Part shown: positions 9,468-20,136 of the stretch, in pieces | How the letters are laid out: the number at the start of each line of letters is the position of its first letter | Numbering within the stretch: the stretch's first letter is position 1 | Assembly: GCA_965263035.1 (NCBI GenBank) | Contig: OZ253580.1 | Span: 1,120,001 to 1,184,000 of the forward strand | Source of the DNA: Acidobacteriota bacterium | GTDB taxonomy: Bacteria > Acidobacteriota > UBA6911 > RPQK01 > JAJDTT01 | DNA length: 64,000 nt | Reading direction: 5' to 3' | Position numbers and translations under genes: made by a program | The notes under the pieces: generated by a model | Told to the model about the DNA's origin: nothing | Seen by the model: only the letters and a program-made list of their open reading frames with translations | Databases searched by the model: none

Positions 9468-10541
9468 TCAGCGCTCGACCGAGAGGCCCTGCCGGGCACG
9501 ATGGCGCTCCAGACCCAGATTGATGAGCTCTTCGATCAGGTCGGGATAGCTCAGGCCGGACGCCTGCCAGAGCTTGGGATACATGCTGATCTGGGTGAAT
9601 CCTGGAATGGTGTTGGCTTCGTTGACCCAGAGCCGGAGGCTGTTCTTGTCCAGCAGGAAGTCGACCCGGGCCATTCCCTCCACACCCAGCGTCCGATAGG
9701 TCTCCAGGGCCAAACGCCGCGCCTCATCCATCTGCTCTTCGGAAAGTGGGGCCGGGACCAGCAACTGACTGATCCCGTCCAGGTACTTGGCTGCGTAATC
9801 GTAGAATTCCCCGGAGGGAACGATCTCGCCCGCTATGGACGCCCGTGGATGTTCATTCCCCAAAACCGAGACTTCGATCTCGCGGGCATCGACTCCCTGT
9901 TCGGCCAGAACCAGCAGGTCATATCTCAAGGCTTCTTCCAGATGTTGCCGGAGCTCCCCGGAGTTGCTGCTCTTCCCGACTCCGATGGACGAACCCATAT
10001 TGGCCGGCTTGACGAATACGGGGTAAGGGAGCTCGTTCTCAATCCGCGCCAGAACCTGGTCCGGAGCCTCCCCCCATTCGGCCTTGGTTGTGCTCACGAA
10101 GGGCAGGACCGGTAGTCCGGCCTGGGCCAGGACCCGTTTGCAGCAGACCTTGTTCATGGCCAGCGAGGAGGCCAGCACGCCGGCTCCCACGTAGGGTAGA
10201 CTCAACATCTCCAACGCACCCTGCACCGTGCCGTCCTCGCCGAACGGTCCGTGCAGGACCGGGAACACCACGGGCAATGGGGGAGGCAGGCCGGCCAGAA
10301 CCGCGAGCCAGTGCTCGGTTCCGGTGGGAAACTCCCAGGGCCCATCCGCCGAGAGCCCCAACTTCCGGCGCAGAATCTGAGGATCGTAGCTTCCGCCCTG
10401 CCGGTCCATGCCGATGACCGAGACCCGGTATCGCCGCTGTTCCAGGTGGTTCAGAATCGATCGGGTCGAGACGAGGGAAACGTCATGTTCGGCAGAGCGT
10501 CCCCCGCAGAGGACCACCACATGAATCCTGCGGTCTGTCAT
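9468..10541 (-). CDS. ddl: D-alanine--D-alanine ligase
   Basis: GGRSAEHDVSL, LHGPFGEDGTVQG, KPANMGSSIG, FYDYAAKY, NEANTIPGFT. Confidence 0.97.
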   Translation of the reverse strand: MTDRRIHVVVLCGGRSAEHDVSLVSTRSILNHLEQRRYRVSVIGMDRQGGSYDPQILRRKLGLSADGPWEFPTGTEHWLAVLAGLPPPLPVVFPVLHGPFGEDGTVQGALEMLSLPYVGAGVLASSLAMNKVCCKRVLAQAGLPVLPFVSTTKAEWGEAPDQVLARIENELPYPVFVKPANMGSSIGVGKSSNSGELRQHLEEALRYDLLVLAEQGVDAREIEVSVLGNEHPRASIAGEIVPSGEFYDYAAKYLDGISQLLVPAPLSEEQMDEARRLALETYRTLGVEGMARVDFLLDKNSLRLWVNEANTIPGFTQISMYPKLWQASGLSYPDLIEELINLGLERHRARQGLSVER

Positions 10542-10622
10542 CGGCGCTGAAAGTCCGCACCCTGGAGGGTCACCGCTACAGTCGTACCGGAATACAACCG
10601 GCCGGGGACCTGCTGTCTTCTC

Positions 10623-11594
10623 TCACTCCTCACTCCTCACTCCTCTCTTCCCTCCGGATCCCTTGGACTCGTAGGCTTTGATGATGCACTTGACGAGTCG
10701 ATGGCGGACCACGTCCCGGCGATCGAACTCGCAGATGGAGATCCCCTGCAAGCCCTTGAGCAGTCCACGTGCCTCCACCAAGCCCGACCTCTGACCCGGC
10801 GGAAGATCGATCTGAGTGATGTCCCCGGTGACGACTGCCCTGGAATTGAGGCCGATTCGAGTGAGAAACATCTTCATCTGCTCCGATGTACAGTTCTGGG
10901 CCTCGTCCAGAATGATGAAGGAATCGCCCAGGGTTCTCCCTCGCATGAAGGCCAGGGGAGCGATCTCGATGATCTCCCTGTCCATGAGTTTCCGCACCCT
11001 TTCCGCCCCGATCATGTGGATCAAGGCGTCCGAAAGGGGCCTCAAATAGGGATTGACCTTCTCCTGAAGATCTCCCGGCAGGAACCCGAGCCGTTCGCCC
11101 GCTTCCACTGCGGGACGGGACAACACGATCCTCTGGACCCTTTTGTCCAAAAGAAACGAGACCGCCGTCGCCACCGCGAGATAGGTCTTGCCCGTACCGG
11201 CCGGACCGATACCGAAGACCAGATCATTGTGGTAGATGGCTTGGACGTATCGGGACTGGTTCAGACTCCGTGGCGACACTTCCCGTATGGGAGTCTTAAG
11301 CACCAGAGCCTTGGGAAAGAAATCGTGGAGACTTTCGGCTGCCCCCTCGGCAATCTGCTGGAACGCTTCCCTCAACTCACCGTTGGAAAAAGAGCATCCA
11401 TTGGAGACCAGAGACGAGAAATCGGTGAGGATGTTTTCCAGGATCTGTTCGTGTTTCTCATCTCCCTGAATGAAGACCCGGGGGCCCCGGGCGCCGATCC
11501 GCACCTGAAACAGCGACTCCAGCAACCGCACGTTCTGATCCCGGAGGTCGAAGAGAATCTCAGCGCACTGGTCCGGGAGAAGAACCTTCTTCAA
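10623..11594 (-). CDS. phoH: PhoH-family ATPase (YbeZ-like)
   Basis: GPAGTGKT, RPAVEAGERLGFLPG, FMRGRTL, LDEAQN. Confidence 0.95.
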   Translation of the reverse strand: MKKVLLPDQCAEILFDLRDQNVRLLESLFQVRIGARGPRVFIQGDEKHEQILENILTDFSSLVSNGCSFSNGELREAFQQIAEGAAESLHDFFPKALVLKTPIREVSPRSLNQSRYVQAIYHNDLVFGIGPAGTGKTYLAVATAVSFLLDKRVQRIVLSRPAVEAGERLGFLPGDLQEKVNPYLRPLSDALIHMIGAERVRKLMDREIIEIAPLAFMRGRTLGDSFIILDEAQNCTSEQMKMFLTRIGLNSRAVVTGDITQIDLPPGQRSGLVEARGLLKGLQGISICEFDRRDVVRHRLVKCIIKAYESKGSGGKRGVRSEE

Positions 11595-11658
11595 GAGTGG
11601 GGGTTTTGCAGCCGTGCAAATGGGGACATGTATGGGGTCGGGGTCCAGGCAACCACTG

Positions 11659-11937
11659 CTAGACCGAGGAAGCCGCCAGGATCCGATTCAAAGAATGGGT
11701 CAACCGGGACTTGTACCGTGCGGCCGTCCGGCGATGGATGACACCCTTCTGGGCAGTGTGGTCAATGACGGTGTAGACCTTGGAAAGATGACTCTGGGCG
11801 TCTGCGGACCGTTGCTCCTCCAACATGCGGCGGAAGCGCTTGATTTCGGTCCTCATCCGGCTCAGATAGTGGCGATTGCGCACCCTGCGCCCTCGGCTCT
11901 GACGCATTCGCTTGTCCGCCGACTTGATGTTAGGCAT
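11659..11937 (-). CDS. rpsT: 30S ribosomal protein S20
   Basis: MPNIKSADKRMRQS...KGVIHRRTAARYKSRL; start trimmed to ATG at 11937. Confidence 0.97.
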   Translation of the reverse strand: MPNIKSADKRMRQSRGRRVRNRHYLSRMRTEIKRFRRMLEEQRSADAQSHLSKVYTVIDHTAQKGVIHRRTAARYKSRLTHSLNRILAASSV

Positions 11938-11962
11938 ATGGACTCCCCTGAAACAGCGCGCA

Positions 11963-12910
11963 TTATAGTTGTCCCTGGCGGCAGGTGTCAATGAGCAGGC
12001 GCTCCAGGTGAAACCGGGGTTCGGAGACGCCGCTCTTGCAGGCCCGGTCCGTCTCTCGAATCCGGATCAGGACTCTCTCGATCCATTCCGGTGGATAGCG
12101 GCGCACCTCCCCCTCCTGGCCACGATAGCTCCAGATCTTGAGCTTGCGGAGAACCTCCCGAAAGGATCGTCCCTGGTCCAGCATCTCCCGGGCCACCAAC
12201 AACCGTCTGAAGGTCCAGTAGAGCATGGCCAGGATCTGGGAGAAGTTGATGCCCTTCTCGACGAGCCGGTTCAGAATCAGAAGCGCCGTCGAGGACTGCC
12301 CTTCGGCCATGGCGCCGATGAGATTGAACACGTCGTATTCCCGACTCTCCAGGGTCATTTCCGCCACCGACTCCGCAGTGATTTTCCGGCTTTCCCAACG
12401 GGCCAGAAACTGTTTCTCCAATTCCATTCTGAGGCGCCCCAGGTCGTCCCCCACCAACTCGACCAGGGCGCGGGCGGCCGCCGGTTCCAGAACGTAGCCC
12501 TCCTGCTTGGACCAGGCCCGCAGCCATCGGGCCGGCTCCACCCTCTTGTCGAATTCGACCAAGGGTAGACGGGACCAGGCCCTGGGACGTTTCTTCGTTT
12601 CCAGAACCAGGACGGTCCGGGGCGCCGGGCGCGCCAGATACGCCTTCAGACCGGAGCCGGAGCCGGCGTGATCCCGAACGTACACCCATCGCCTTTTGGA
12701 AACCCATGGAAGCGTGCGAGCGGCGTGGACCAGCACCCCGACAGAGTCCTTCTCCAGATCGAAAACGGACCAATCGAAATCTCGGGCCGACTCCTCGACC
12801 TGTTCCCGGCAGAGGTCGTAAACGCGTTTGAGAAAGAGTTCCTGTTTCGAAACCACGACGTAAACGGGATGAGGCTGCGCCAGGGACTTCTGGAACTCAG
12901 AGAACCGCAT
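11963..12910 (-). CDS. holA: DNA polymerase III delta subunit
   Basis: TLPW..KRR, LVELVGDDLGRLRMELEK; leuS-lptE-holA-rpsT synteny. Confidence 0.9.
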   Translation of the reverse strand: MRFSEFQKSLAQPHPVYVVVSKQELFLKRVYDLCREQVEESARDFDWSVFDLEKDSVGVLVHAARTLPWVSKRRWVYVRDHAGSGSGLKAYLARPAPRTVLVLETKKRPRAWSRLPLVEFDKRVEPARWLRAWSKQEGYVLEPAAARALVELVGDDLGRLRMELEKQFLARWESRKITAESVAEMTLESREYDVFNLIGAMAEGQSSTALLILNRLVEKGINFSQILAMLYWTFRRLLVAREMLDQGRSFREVLRKLKIWSYRGQEGEVRRYPPEWIERVLIRIRETDRACKSGVSEPRFHLERLLIDTCRQGQL

Positions 12911-12946
12911 GGTCCAGGAGGCGAATTGCCCGAAAGCGGGAGGTCA

Positions 12947-13477
12947 TCAGAACCCCTCCAGCAGAGTCGTGACCACACTGGAGGAGAAATCCCGGGCCAC
13001 CCGCTCCAGGGCCGGGCTCAGTTCTGAGAAGAAGTTGCGGACGTCGACGTTGATGACGTACTGCTCCCGAAAGAGGTACTGGTCGTTTTGATAGAGAATT
13101 CGTCCGTCCCTCCGGTCCTGGAGCTGGACGCGGGCCTGGAGCGTGACCAGGAAGGTGGAGCCGAAGGCCTTCTGCCGGAATATGACGGGGTTGGCGGTGG
13201 TGGAGAAGATGACTCCGCTGAAAACGGCGTCGGCCTGCGAAGGATCATGGACCAGACGGTACGAAGACCTCTCCACAAACGCGTGAATCAGCGATCGCGT
13301 GAAGATCTGCTCCACTTGAAACGTCGCGGTTTCATTCTCCAGGGGAAGAACAGCCAAAGTCTGGAGCTGGGGAGCCAGCCGATTCTTGGACGCCACCCGA
13401 TAACCGCATCCGGCGAGCAAGACCGGTACGAGACCCAGCCACAGGGAGAGCAGGCACAAGGGACGGGTCCGCTTCAT
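12947..13477 (-). CDS. lptE: LPS assembly lipoprotein LptE
   Basis: Lipobox LAGCGY; position between leuS and holA. Confidence 0.88.
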   Translation of the reverse strand: MKRTRPLCLLSLWLGLVPVLLAGCGYRVASKNRLAPQLQTLAVLPLENETATFQVEQIFTRSLIHAFVERSSYRLVHDPSQADAVFSGVIFSTTANPVIFRQKAFGSTFLVTLQARVQLQDRRDGRILYQNDQYLFREQYVINVDVRNFFSELSPALERVARDFSSSVVTTLLEGF

Positions 13478-15954
13478 CGCGCCACCACGTTCACGAGCCT
13501 CTTCGGGATCACGATCACCTTGATGACGTTTCGGCCCTCGATGTGCCCCCGGACCCGCTCATCGGAAAGGGCCAGTTCCTCCATCTTCTCCGACGCCACA
13601 TCGGCCGGAGCCTGGATCCGGGAACGGACCCTTCCGTTGACCTGCACCGCGAATTCCACCGTCTTCTCCCGAGCCAGATCGGGGTCGTGCTGGGGCCAGG
13701 AAGCTGACGCGATCCCGTGACGATGCCCCAGGATGCAATACATCTCCTCGGCGAAGTGGGGAGCGAAGGGGGCCAGAAGCAAGGCCATATTTTCCAGGGC
13801 CTCACGGAGCAGCTTCTGGTCAGGCTGCCCCCGGTCCACATATTCCTGCACCGAGTTCAGCAATTCCATGATGGCCGCGATGGCCGTGTTCTGGTGCAAT
13901 CGCTCCAGGTCCCGCGTCACCTTCCGGATGGTCTGGTGAAGTTTCCGCTGGAGGACGCGCGCCTGGGGAGACGTCTCTGCCGGAGTCTTTCCGGCGGTCG
14001 GCATGCCGTCGCCGGACCACTCGGTCCGAAATCGATGCAACAGCCTCCATAGCCGGTTCAGAAAACGCCAGCAGCCCTCCAGTCCCCGATCGTTCCAATC
14101 CAGGTCTCGGGCGGGTGGAGCGCAGAACTGGATGAAGAGCCGGAGGGTGTCGGCGCCGTACTTCCGGACGATCTCGTCCGGTTCGACCACGTTCCCCAGG
14201 GACTTGCTCATCTTGGCACCGTCCTTGATGACCATGCCCTGCGTGAAGAGTGTGCGCACCGGTTCATCCAGCTCGACCATGCCCAGATCCCGCATGACCT
14301 TGGTGAAGAAGCGCATGTAGATCAGATGGAGGATGGCGTGCTCCACTCCGCCGATGTAGATGTCCACGGGGAACCAGTAGCGCACTGCTTCCCGGCGAAT
14401 CGGTCCATCCGAATTGCGGGCGTCGGTATAGCGGTAGAAATACCAGGAGCTGTCCACGAAGGTGTCCATGGTATCGGTCTCCCGCCGGGCCGGGCCCCCG
14501 CAGGACGGGCAGGCCGTTTGGACGAACCCGGGGACCTGCGCCAGCGGGGAGCGACCCAACTCAATGCCTTCCATTCGGGGCAGAATCACCGGCAGTTGAT
14601 CCTCCGGGACCGGAACCGTCCCGCATCGGGAGCAGTAGACGATGGGGATGGGTGTCCCCCAGTAACGCTGGCGGCTCACCCCCCAGTCTCGGAGCCGGTA
14701 GGAGACGGTGGCCTCCCCGAAGCCTTGATCGCTCGCGTGCTCGGCCATCTTCCGCTTGGCTTCACCGGAGGTGAGTCCGGAGAAGGGACCGCTGTCGACC
14801 AGTCTGCCCGGGTCCACGAAGGCCTGGTCCGTGTGGACCGGCGGGAGTCCTTCACTCGGTTCGATCACGGTCCGTACCGGCAGCCCGTACTTGCGGGCGA
14901 ACTCCATGTCTCGCTGGTCATGGGCCGGGACGGCCATGATTGCGCCGGTCCCGTATTCCATCAGGACGAAATCAGCCACCCATATGGGAATCATTTCCCC
15001 GCCGAACGGATTCCAGGCGTAGCGTCCGGTGAAGGCTCCCAGCTTCTCGGCATCCTCTGCGGTGCGCAGGTTCTGGTCCTGGCGGCGCACCTGCTCCAAC
15101 AGCGCTTTCAGCCTTCTACCGTCGCTATCGTCTCCCAACCAGGCCTTCACCCTGGGATGTTCGGGAGCCAACACCATGAAGGTCGCTCCGTAAATGGTGT
15201 CCAACCGGGTGGTGAAGATGTCGATCCCCTCTCCGAAAGGGCCTCCCAGCCGGAAACGGACTCGCGCCCCCACCGACTTGCCGATCCAGTTGCGCTGCAT
15301 GGTGATCACTCGTTCGGGCCAGTCCTCGAGCTGGTCCAGATCCTGGAGCAACTGCTCGGCGTAATCGGTGATCCGAAAGTTCCACTGCTCCAGTTCCTTC
15401 TGGACCACGGGACTGTCGTCGCGCCAGCAGAGCCCGTTGACCACCTGCTCGTTGGCCAGGACCGTCTGACACTTCTCGCACCAGTTGACGGACCCCCGGC
15501 TCCTGTAGGCCAGACCCCGGTTGTACATCTGGAGAAAGAACCATTGGTTCCAGCGGTAGTACTCCGGGGTGCAGGTGGCCAGCTCCCGGTGCCAGTCGTA
15601 GGACCAACCCATGCGCAGGCACTGCTGCTTCATCCGCTCTATGTTTTTCAGCGTCCATCGCTCCGGCGGAACCTGGTGGCGAATGGCGGCATTCTCGGCC
15701 GGAAGTCCGAAGGCGTCCCAGCCGATGGGGTGCAAAACGTTGAAGCCCTGCATGGACCGGAACCGGGCTACGGAATCGCCCAAAGAGTAAACGCGAACGT
15801 GGCCCATATGAAGCGCCCCCGAGGGGTACGGAAGCATCTCCAGAACGTAGTATTTGGGCCTGTCCCGGTTCTCAGCGACGACGAATTCGCGGTTCTCCTC
15901 CCAGCGTTTCTGCCACTTGGACTCGATCGTCTGGAAGTCGTATTGCTCCTGCAT
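13474..15954 (-). CDS. leuS: Leucine--tRNA ligase
   Basis: [11 protein letters not shown] (HIGH) and KMSKS motifs, editing domain. Confidence 0.98.
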   Translation of the reverse strand: MQEQYDFQTIESKWQKRWEENREFVVAENRDRPKYYVLEMLPYPSGALHMGHVRVYSLGDSVARFRSMQGFNVLHPIGWDAFGLPAENAAIRHQVPPERWTLKNIERMKQQCLRMGWSYDWHRELATCTPEYYRWNQWFFLQMYNRGLAYRSRGSVNWCEKCQTVLANEQVVNGLCWRDDSPVVQKELEQWNFRITDYAEQLLQDLDQLEDWPERVITMQRNWIGKSVGARVRFRLGGPFGEGIDIFTTRLDTIYGATFMVLAPEHPRVKAWLGDDSDGRRLKALLEQVRRQDQNLRTAEDAEKLGAFTGRYAWNPFGGEMIPIWVADFVLMEYGTGAIMAVPAHDQRDMEFARKYGLPVRTVIEPSEGLPPVHTDQAFVDPGRLVDSGPFSGLTSGEAKRKMAEHASDQGFGEATVSYRLRDWGVSRQRYWGTPIPIVYCSRCGTVPVPEDQLPVILPRMEGIELGRSPLAQVPGFVQTACPSCGGPARRETDTMDTFVDSSWYFYRYTDARNSDGPIRREAVRYWFPVDIYIGGVEHAILHLIYMRFFTKVMRDLGMVELDEPVRTLFTQGMVIKDGAKMSKSLGNVVEPDEIVRKYGADTLRLFIQFCAPPARDLDWNDRGLEGCWRFLNRLWRLLHRFRTEWSGDGMPTAGKTPAETSPQARVLQRKLHQTIRKVTRDLERLHQNTAIAAIMELLNSVQEYVDRGQPDQKLLREALENMALLLAPFAPHFAEEMYCILGHRHGIASASWPQHDPDLAREKTVEFAVQVNGRVRSRIQAPADVASEKMEELALSDERVRGHIEGRNVIKVIVIPKRLVNVVAR

Positions 15955-15966
15955 TGCGAACCGACT

Positions 15967-16539
15967 CTATGCCAGGTCCCGGCCGGCCTGCAGCCGGGAC
16001 AGAGTGATTTCCTGCTGTGCCTGGTACTTGCCTTTCCGGTCGGAATAAGAGACTCGACAGACGTCACGAGCCCGAAGAAACAGGAGCTGGGCAATACCCT
16101 CGCCCGAGTAGATCTTCACCGGGACGGGACCGTTGTTGATCACCGACATGGTCAGGCGCCCTTCCCATTCCGGTTCCAGGGGGGTGACGTTGACGGAAAC
16201 GCCGCACCTGGCGTAAGTGGATTTGCCGACGCAAATGCCCAGGACGTCCCTGGGAATACGAAAGTATTCGTAGGACCGGCAGAGGACAAAGCTCCGGGCG
16301 GGAATCAGACAGGAATCGCCCTCGTAGTCCCGATAGCAGTCCTCCGACGCCTGCTTGGGATCCAGAATCGGATCCACACCCTTTTGCAATAGCTTGTACC
16401 GTCGATCCACCCGAAAGTCATAGCCGTAGGAAGAGACTCCGTACGAGATGGTCCCCTCCCCGACCAGGCTCTCCGCGAATGGTTCGATCATCCCATCCCG
16501 CGCTTGGCGGGCAATCCAGTGGTCCGGCCGTATACTCAT
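15967..16539 (-). CDS. dcd: dCTP deaminase
   Basis: SYGVSSYGYD, GKSTYARCG, TPLEPEWEG, KGKYQAQ. Confidence 0.96.
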   Translation of the reverse strand: MSIRPDHWIARQARDGMIEPFAESLVGEGTISYGVSSYGYDFRVDRRYKLLQKGVDPILDPKQASEDCYRDYEGDSCLIPARSFVLCRSYEYFRIPRDVLGICVGKSTYARCGVSVNVTPLEPEWEGRLTMSVINNGPVPVKIYSGEGIAQLLFLRARDVCRVSYSDRKGKYQAQQEITLSRLQAGRDLA

Positions 16540-16655
16540 GGATTTCACTCAGCGAATCGCGAAAGTCTACCAGTCTCTCACCCGGATTTCCCCTCCCGGA
16601 TAAGCCCACTCCTGGCTCCAGGTCGACTCTTCCTGGGCGGAGCCTAAGCCGAACC

Positions 16656-16685
16656 TTGACATCCGGAACCTATGCCCAGTATAAG
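16656..16685 (+). promoter_or_regulatory. Putative sigma70 promoter of the HU gene
   Basis: TTGACA-18 nt-TATAAG, 35 nt upstream of the GTG start. Confidence 0.6.
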
Positions 16686-16720
16686 TCAACGGCTAACGAC
16701 TCAGGGAGCATTTCCAAGCC

Positions 16721-16987
16721 GTGATCAAGCGAGATATTGTGTCACGCGTTTCCAAGAAGATGGGAATGACCAAGGTGAGGTCCGAAGAGGCCGTCGACAC
16801 CGTCCTGGAGGTGTTGAAGCGCGCCCTGAAGCATGGCGAGCGCATTGAGTTGCGGGGCTTCGGAGTCTTTCTGGTCAAGCCACGGAAAAGTGGCATCGGA
16901 CGCAACCCCAGGACGGGAGCCGTGGTCCCCATTCCTCCCGGCAAGACCGTTCGCTTCAAACCCGGGAAAGAAATCCGCTCCGGCTGA
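16721..16987 (+). CDS. HU/IHF family DNA-binding protein
   Basis: IELRGFGVF, GRNPRTG, VRFKPGK. Confidence 0.96.
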   Translation: MIKRDIVSRVSKKMGMTKVRSEEAVDTVLEVLKRALKHGERIELRGFGVFLVKPRKSGIGRNPRTGAVVPIPPGKTVRFKPGKEIRSG

Positions 16988-17017
16988 CACCCCAGCCCCC
17001 GGACGAGTTCAACGTCA

Positions 17018-17953
17018 GTGACGGAACGTTCTCCCCAAGACGAGAACCTGCCGGCGCCGGAAACGGAGAAACCACGTTTCCGGCTGGCCCTTCTGTTGCT
17101 GCTCGTCACCTTCGCCACAACCCTGTGGGCCGGGTCGCTCTGGCACGCCAGCTTTATCATGAGCAGCGGTCATTCCTCACCCGACACGGCGGGTTACGTC
17201 GGGTGGCCCGACCTCCTTCTCGGACTCCCTTATTCGATCACCGTCCTGGCGATTCTCCTGGCTCACGAAATGGGTCACTATCTCGCCTGCCGCTACTATG
17301 GAATCCGTGCGACTCTTCCGTACGCGATTCCGGCTCCATTCCCCTTTCCCTTCGGCACCATGGGGGCCGTGATCCGGATCAAGTCCCCGTTCCGGGACCG
17401 GCGCCAACTGTTCGACGTGGGGATCGCAGGTCCTCTGGCCGGGTTCGTACTCATCGTTCCGGCGCTCATCATCGGGCTCGGCTATTCCACCGACTTCACT
17501 CCACCCAGTCTCGGCGGAACAACCTACGAGTTCGGGGAACCCCTGCTCTTCCGTCTGGCCGCAGAGCTCTTCGTTCCGGCCGGAGAGGACTGGAACATCA
17601 ACCTGCACCCCGTCGGCTGGGCGGCCTGGTTCGGGATGCTGGCCACGGGCATGAATCTCCTGCCCATCGGCCAACTCGACGGAGGCCACGTCGTCTACGC
17701 CCTGCTGGGACGCCGGGGACACCGAACCGTCTCCTACGCCGCCCTGGGTGGACTGGTCGCCTTGGGAATCTGGTGTTTTTTCGGATACCTGTGCTTCGCG
17801 GTGATCCTGGTCTTCATGGGCCTGAGACACCCGCCACCCAGCGTCCCGACCGGACCGCTGGATCGGCGGCGCATCCTGGCCGCCGTCGCCGGGCTGCTGC
17901 TGTTGATCCTCACTTTCACTCCGGCGCCGGTAAGGATCATCGACGCACCTTAA
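17018..17953 (+). CDS. Site-2 protease (peptidase M50)
   Basis: HEMGH, AGPLAG and NLLPIGQLDGGH motifs; multiple TM segments. Confidence 0.93.
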   Translation: MTERSPQDENLPAPETEKPRFRLALLLLLVTFATTLWAGSLWHASFIMSSGHSSPDTAGYVGWPDLLLGLPYSITVLAILLAHEMGHYLACRYYGIRATLPYAIPAPFPFPFGTMGAVIRIKSPFRDRRQLFDVGIAGPLAGFVLIVPALIIGLGYSTDFTPPSLGGTTYEFGEPLLFRLAAELFVPAGEDWNINLHPVGWAAWFGMLATGMNLLPIGQLDGGHVVYALLGRRGHRTVSYAALGGLVALGIWCFFGYLCFAVILVFMGLRHPPPSVPTGPLDRRRILAAVAGLLLLILTFTPAPVRIIDAP

Positions 17954-18113
17954 CAGTCCGTGGTGAAAGTCCCGCGAGCACCGAGACCGGTCCTGCGCCC
18001 GCCGGACAAGGCGCAACGGAGGGAGCATACCGGGAGTATGTGAGCCGATAGCAACGCAGTCCGCGCACGATGCAGGGACGGTCGAATGCCGTGACGACTT
18101 TTGCCACGGGCTG
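17954..18113 (+). mobile_element. MITE family B, copy 1 (160 bp)
   Basis: Imperfect TIRs CAGTCCGTGGTGAAAGTC / GACTTTTGCCACGGGCTG; TTAA on both sides; copies at 19213 and 57129. Confidence 0.88.
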
Positions 18114-18142
18114 TTAATAGCGGTCCCGGAACGCTGCAGCGG

Positions 18143-18922
18143 TCAGGAGCGGAAGGTCTCGGTGAATTCCTTCCAGATCCGGGAATATCCCTGCTGCAGA
18201 ATGATGATGGCCGCCCCACAGACGAAGAACCGGGCTCCCTTCTCGTAGTAGGGCTTGGCCGCCTCCGGACTCGCCACTGGAATGCCCCACCACTTGCCGT
18301 GACGGCGGCAGGCCTCGGCGACCCGGTCAACGGCCTGAACGATGAGGGGATGTCCCCCTTGGGTGGGGACGCCATAGCTCTGGGTCAGATCGGCGGGCCC
18401 CACCATGATCCCGTCGAGCCCCTCGACCGCCAGGATCTCATCGATGGCCTCGACTCCTTCCCGGTCTTCGATCTGGATCGAAACCAGGGTCTCCTCGTTG
18501 GCGGAAGCCATGTACTCGGGCATGGCCTCCATGCCGTAGTTGGAGGCAACCTCCACGCCATCCATGCCCCGCTGTCCCACGGGATGAAAGCGGCTGTTGC
18601 GAACCACGTCGCGCGCCTCCGCCGCCGAGCAGACGTGGGGAACCATGATGCCGTTCGCCCCCGCCTCTAGACAGCGGAAATAACTCCAATAGGGTCCCTT
18701 TCTCATTCGGACCAAGGGGTCCATCCCGGAGGCTCGGCAGGCCAGCCCCATGGCAAAGAGCTGGTCGTAGTCGTAGTCCTGATGCTCCATGTCTATCCAA
18801 ACGCCGTCGAATCCGATGAGACCGATCATCTCGATGAGCTTGGGCGAGGGATAGGGCGTGGGACAGGCCAGCATCACCGGCTCACCCTTCCGGAGTCTGT
18901 GCAAGATCTTGTTCCTTCTCAT
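18143..18922 (-). CDS. HpcH/HpaI aldolase family protein
   Basis: WIDMEH, GIMVPHV, QIED, VGPADL motifs. Confidence 0.9.
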   Translation of the reverse strand: MRRNKILHRLRKGEPVMLACPTPYPSPKLIEMIGLIGFDGVWIDMEHQDYDYDQLFAMGLACRASGMDPLVRMRKGPYWSYFRCLEAGANGIMVPHVCSAAEARDVVRNSRFHPVGQRGMDGVEVASNYGMEAMPEYMASANEETLVSIQIEDREGVEAIDEILAVEGLDGIMVGPADLTQSYGVPTQGGHPLIVQAVDRVAEACRRHGKWWGIPVASPEAAKPYYEKGARFFVCGAAIIILQQGYSRIWKEFTETFRS

Positions 18923-18980
18923 GACCTCCTCTTGTTCTTCCCGGCTCGTGACGGCGCCGTTCCCGGCAATGAACACCTAG

Positions 18981-19139
18981 GAGCCTGCGCCGCAGAAATT
19001 GATCTACTGCGAAAGCGGTAGAATCGGTCCATATTTCCTCGATTTCTCGGCGAATAGAACAACTATGCACCTCCAAATCGAGAAACTCTGGCCTCGATTC
19101 CCCACTTTCTCGCTACGATCATTTCTACCGCGCAGACTC
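18981..19139 (+). mobile_element. MITE family A, copy 2
   Basis: GAGCCTGCGC...GCGCAGACTC flanked by CTAG (18977-18980, 19140-19143). Confidence 0.92.
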
Positions 19140-19212
19140 CTAGCCAATGTCGGCGGACCCTCGTAAGGTATCCTTTTGGCCGAATCGACTGCAAATTGCG
19201 AGTCGACGCTAG

Positions 19213-19372
19213 CAGTCCGTGGTGAAAGTCCCGCGGGCACCGAGACCGGTCCTGCGCCCGCCGGACAAGGCGCAACGGAGGGAGCATACCGGGAGTATGT
19301 GAGCCGATAGCAACGCAGTCCGCGCACGATGCAGGGACGGTCGAATGCCGTGACGACTTTTGCCACGGGCTG
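19213..19372 (+). mobile_element. MITE family B, copy 2
   Basis: Almost identical to 17954-18113; flanks CTAG/CTAT. Confidence 0.88.
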
Positions 19373-19397
19373 CTATAACCCCTGACGAGGAGAAAAC

Positions 19398-20129
19398 ATG
19401 AACGAATCCAGCCCGTTGCCGCCGGACGTCCTGGAGATGCTACGGCAATATGACACCCCGACCATCTGCAACGTGATCGAGCTCTTCGACGTCCGTCCCA
19501 GGACCTCCGGCTACATGGACCAGAGAATCAAGGCCCACTTCCCCGAGATGCCCCCCATGGTGGGCTATGCGTCCACCGCCACCTATCGTTCCTCGGCGCC
19601 GCCTCAGGGAGCGGACGTCTACGACGCCATGCAGAAACAGCTCTCCGTTCTACGAGAGTGCTCCGGACCTCATGTCATCGTGTTTCAGGACCTGGACGAT
19701 CCGTCGACGGCGGCCACATTCGGCGAAGTGATGTGCACCTCCTACCAGACCTTCGGCGCCGTCGGTCTCATCACCAGCGGGACGGGCCGCGACCTCGACC
19801 AGGTCCGGGAAATCGGATTTCCCGTCTTCAGCAGCGGCACCAACTGCTCCCACGGCTATTGCCACACCCTGGACGTGGACATCCCGGTGCACGTCGGTGG
19901 GCTCACCGTGCGCGCCGGTGACCTGCTCCACGGCGACGCCAACGGCGTGACCAACATCCCACCGGAAATCGCGGCCGCGGTGGCCCGGCTCTGCCCGGAA
20001 TTCGCCGCTGCCGAGGAAGTGGTGCTGGAGTGCCTGCGCACGCACGGACCCGATTTGCCCAGGCTCCAGCAAGCCCGGAAGGAATGCCGCCGCCGCATCG
20101 CCGAACTCGCAAAACGGGCCACCGGCTGA
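19398..20129 (+). CDS. RraA/HMG-aldolase family protein
   Basis: DTPTICN, GEVM, GRDLDQV, GDLLHGDANGV. Confidence 0.9.
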   Translation: MNESSPLPPDVLEMLRQYDTPTICNVIELFDVRPRTSGYMDQRIKAHFPEMPPMVGYASTATYRSSAPPQGADVYDAMQKQLSVLRECSGPHVIVFQDLDDPSTAATFGEVMCTSYQTFGAVGLITSGTGRDLDQVREIGFPVFSSGTNCSHGYCHTLDVDIPVHVGGLTVRAGDLLHGDANGVTNIPPEIAAAVARLCPEFAAAEEVVLECLRTHGPDLPRLQQARKECRRRIAELAKRATG

Positions 20130-20136
20130 GAACGCT

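Noticed and set aside
14326-16392. 688-aa + strand ORF and many similar long antisense ORFs
   Set aside because: Shadows of real genes (leuS/dcd etc.) typical of high-GC DNA; no recognisable motifs
17954-19372. Aldolase having arrived as a MITE-B composite transposon
   Set aside because: Copy 1 has its own TTAA/TTAA flanks and copy 2 has CTAG/CTAT, which favours independent insertions
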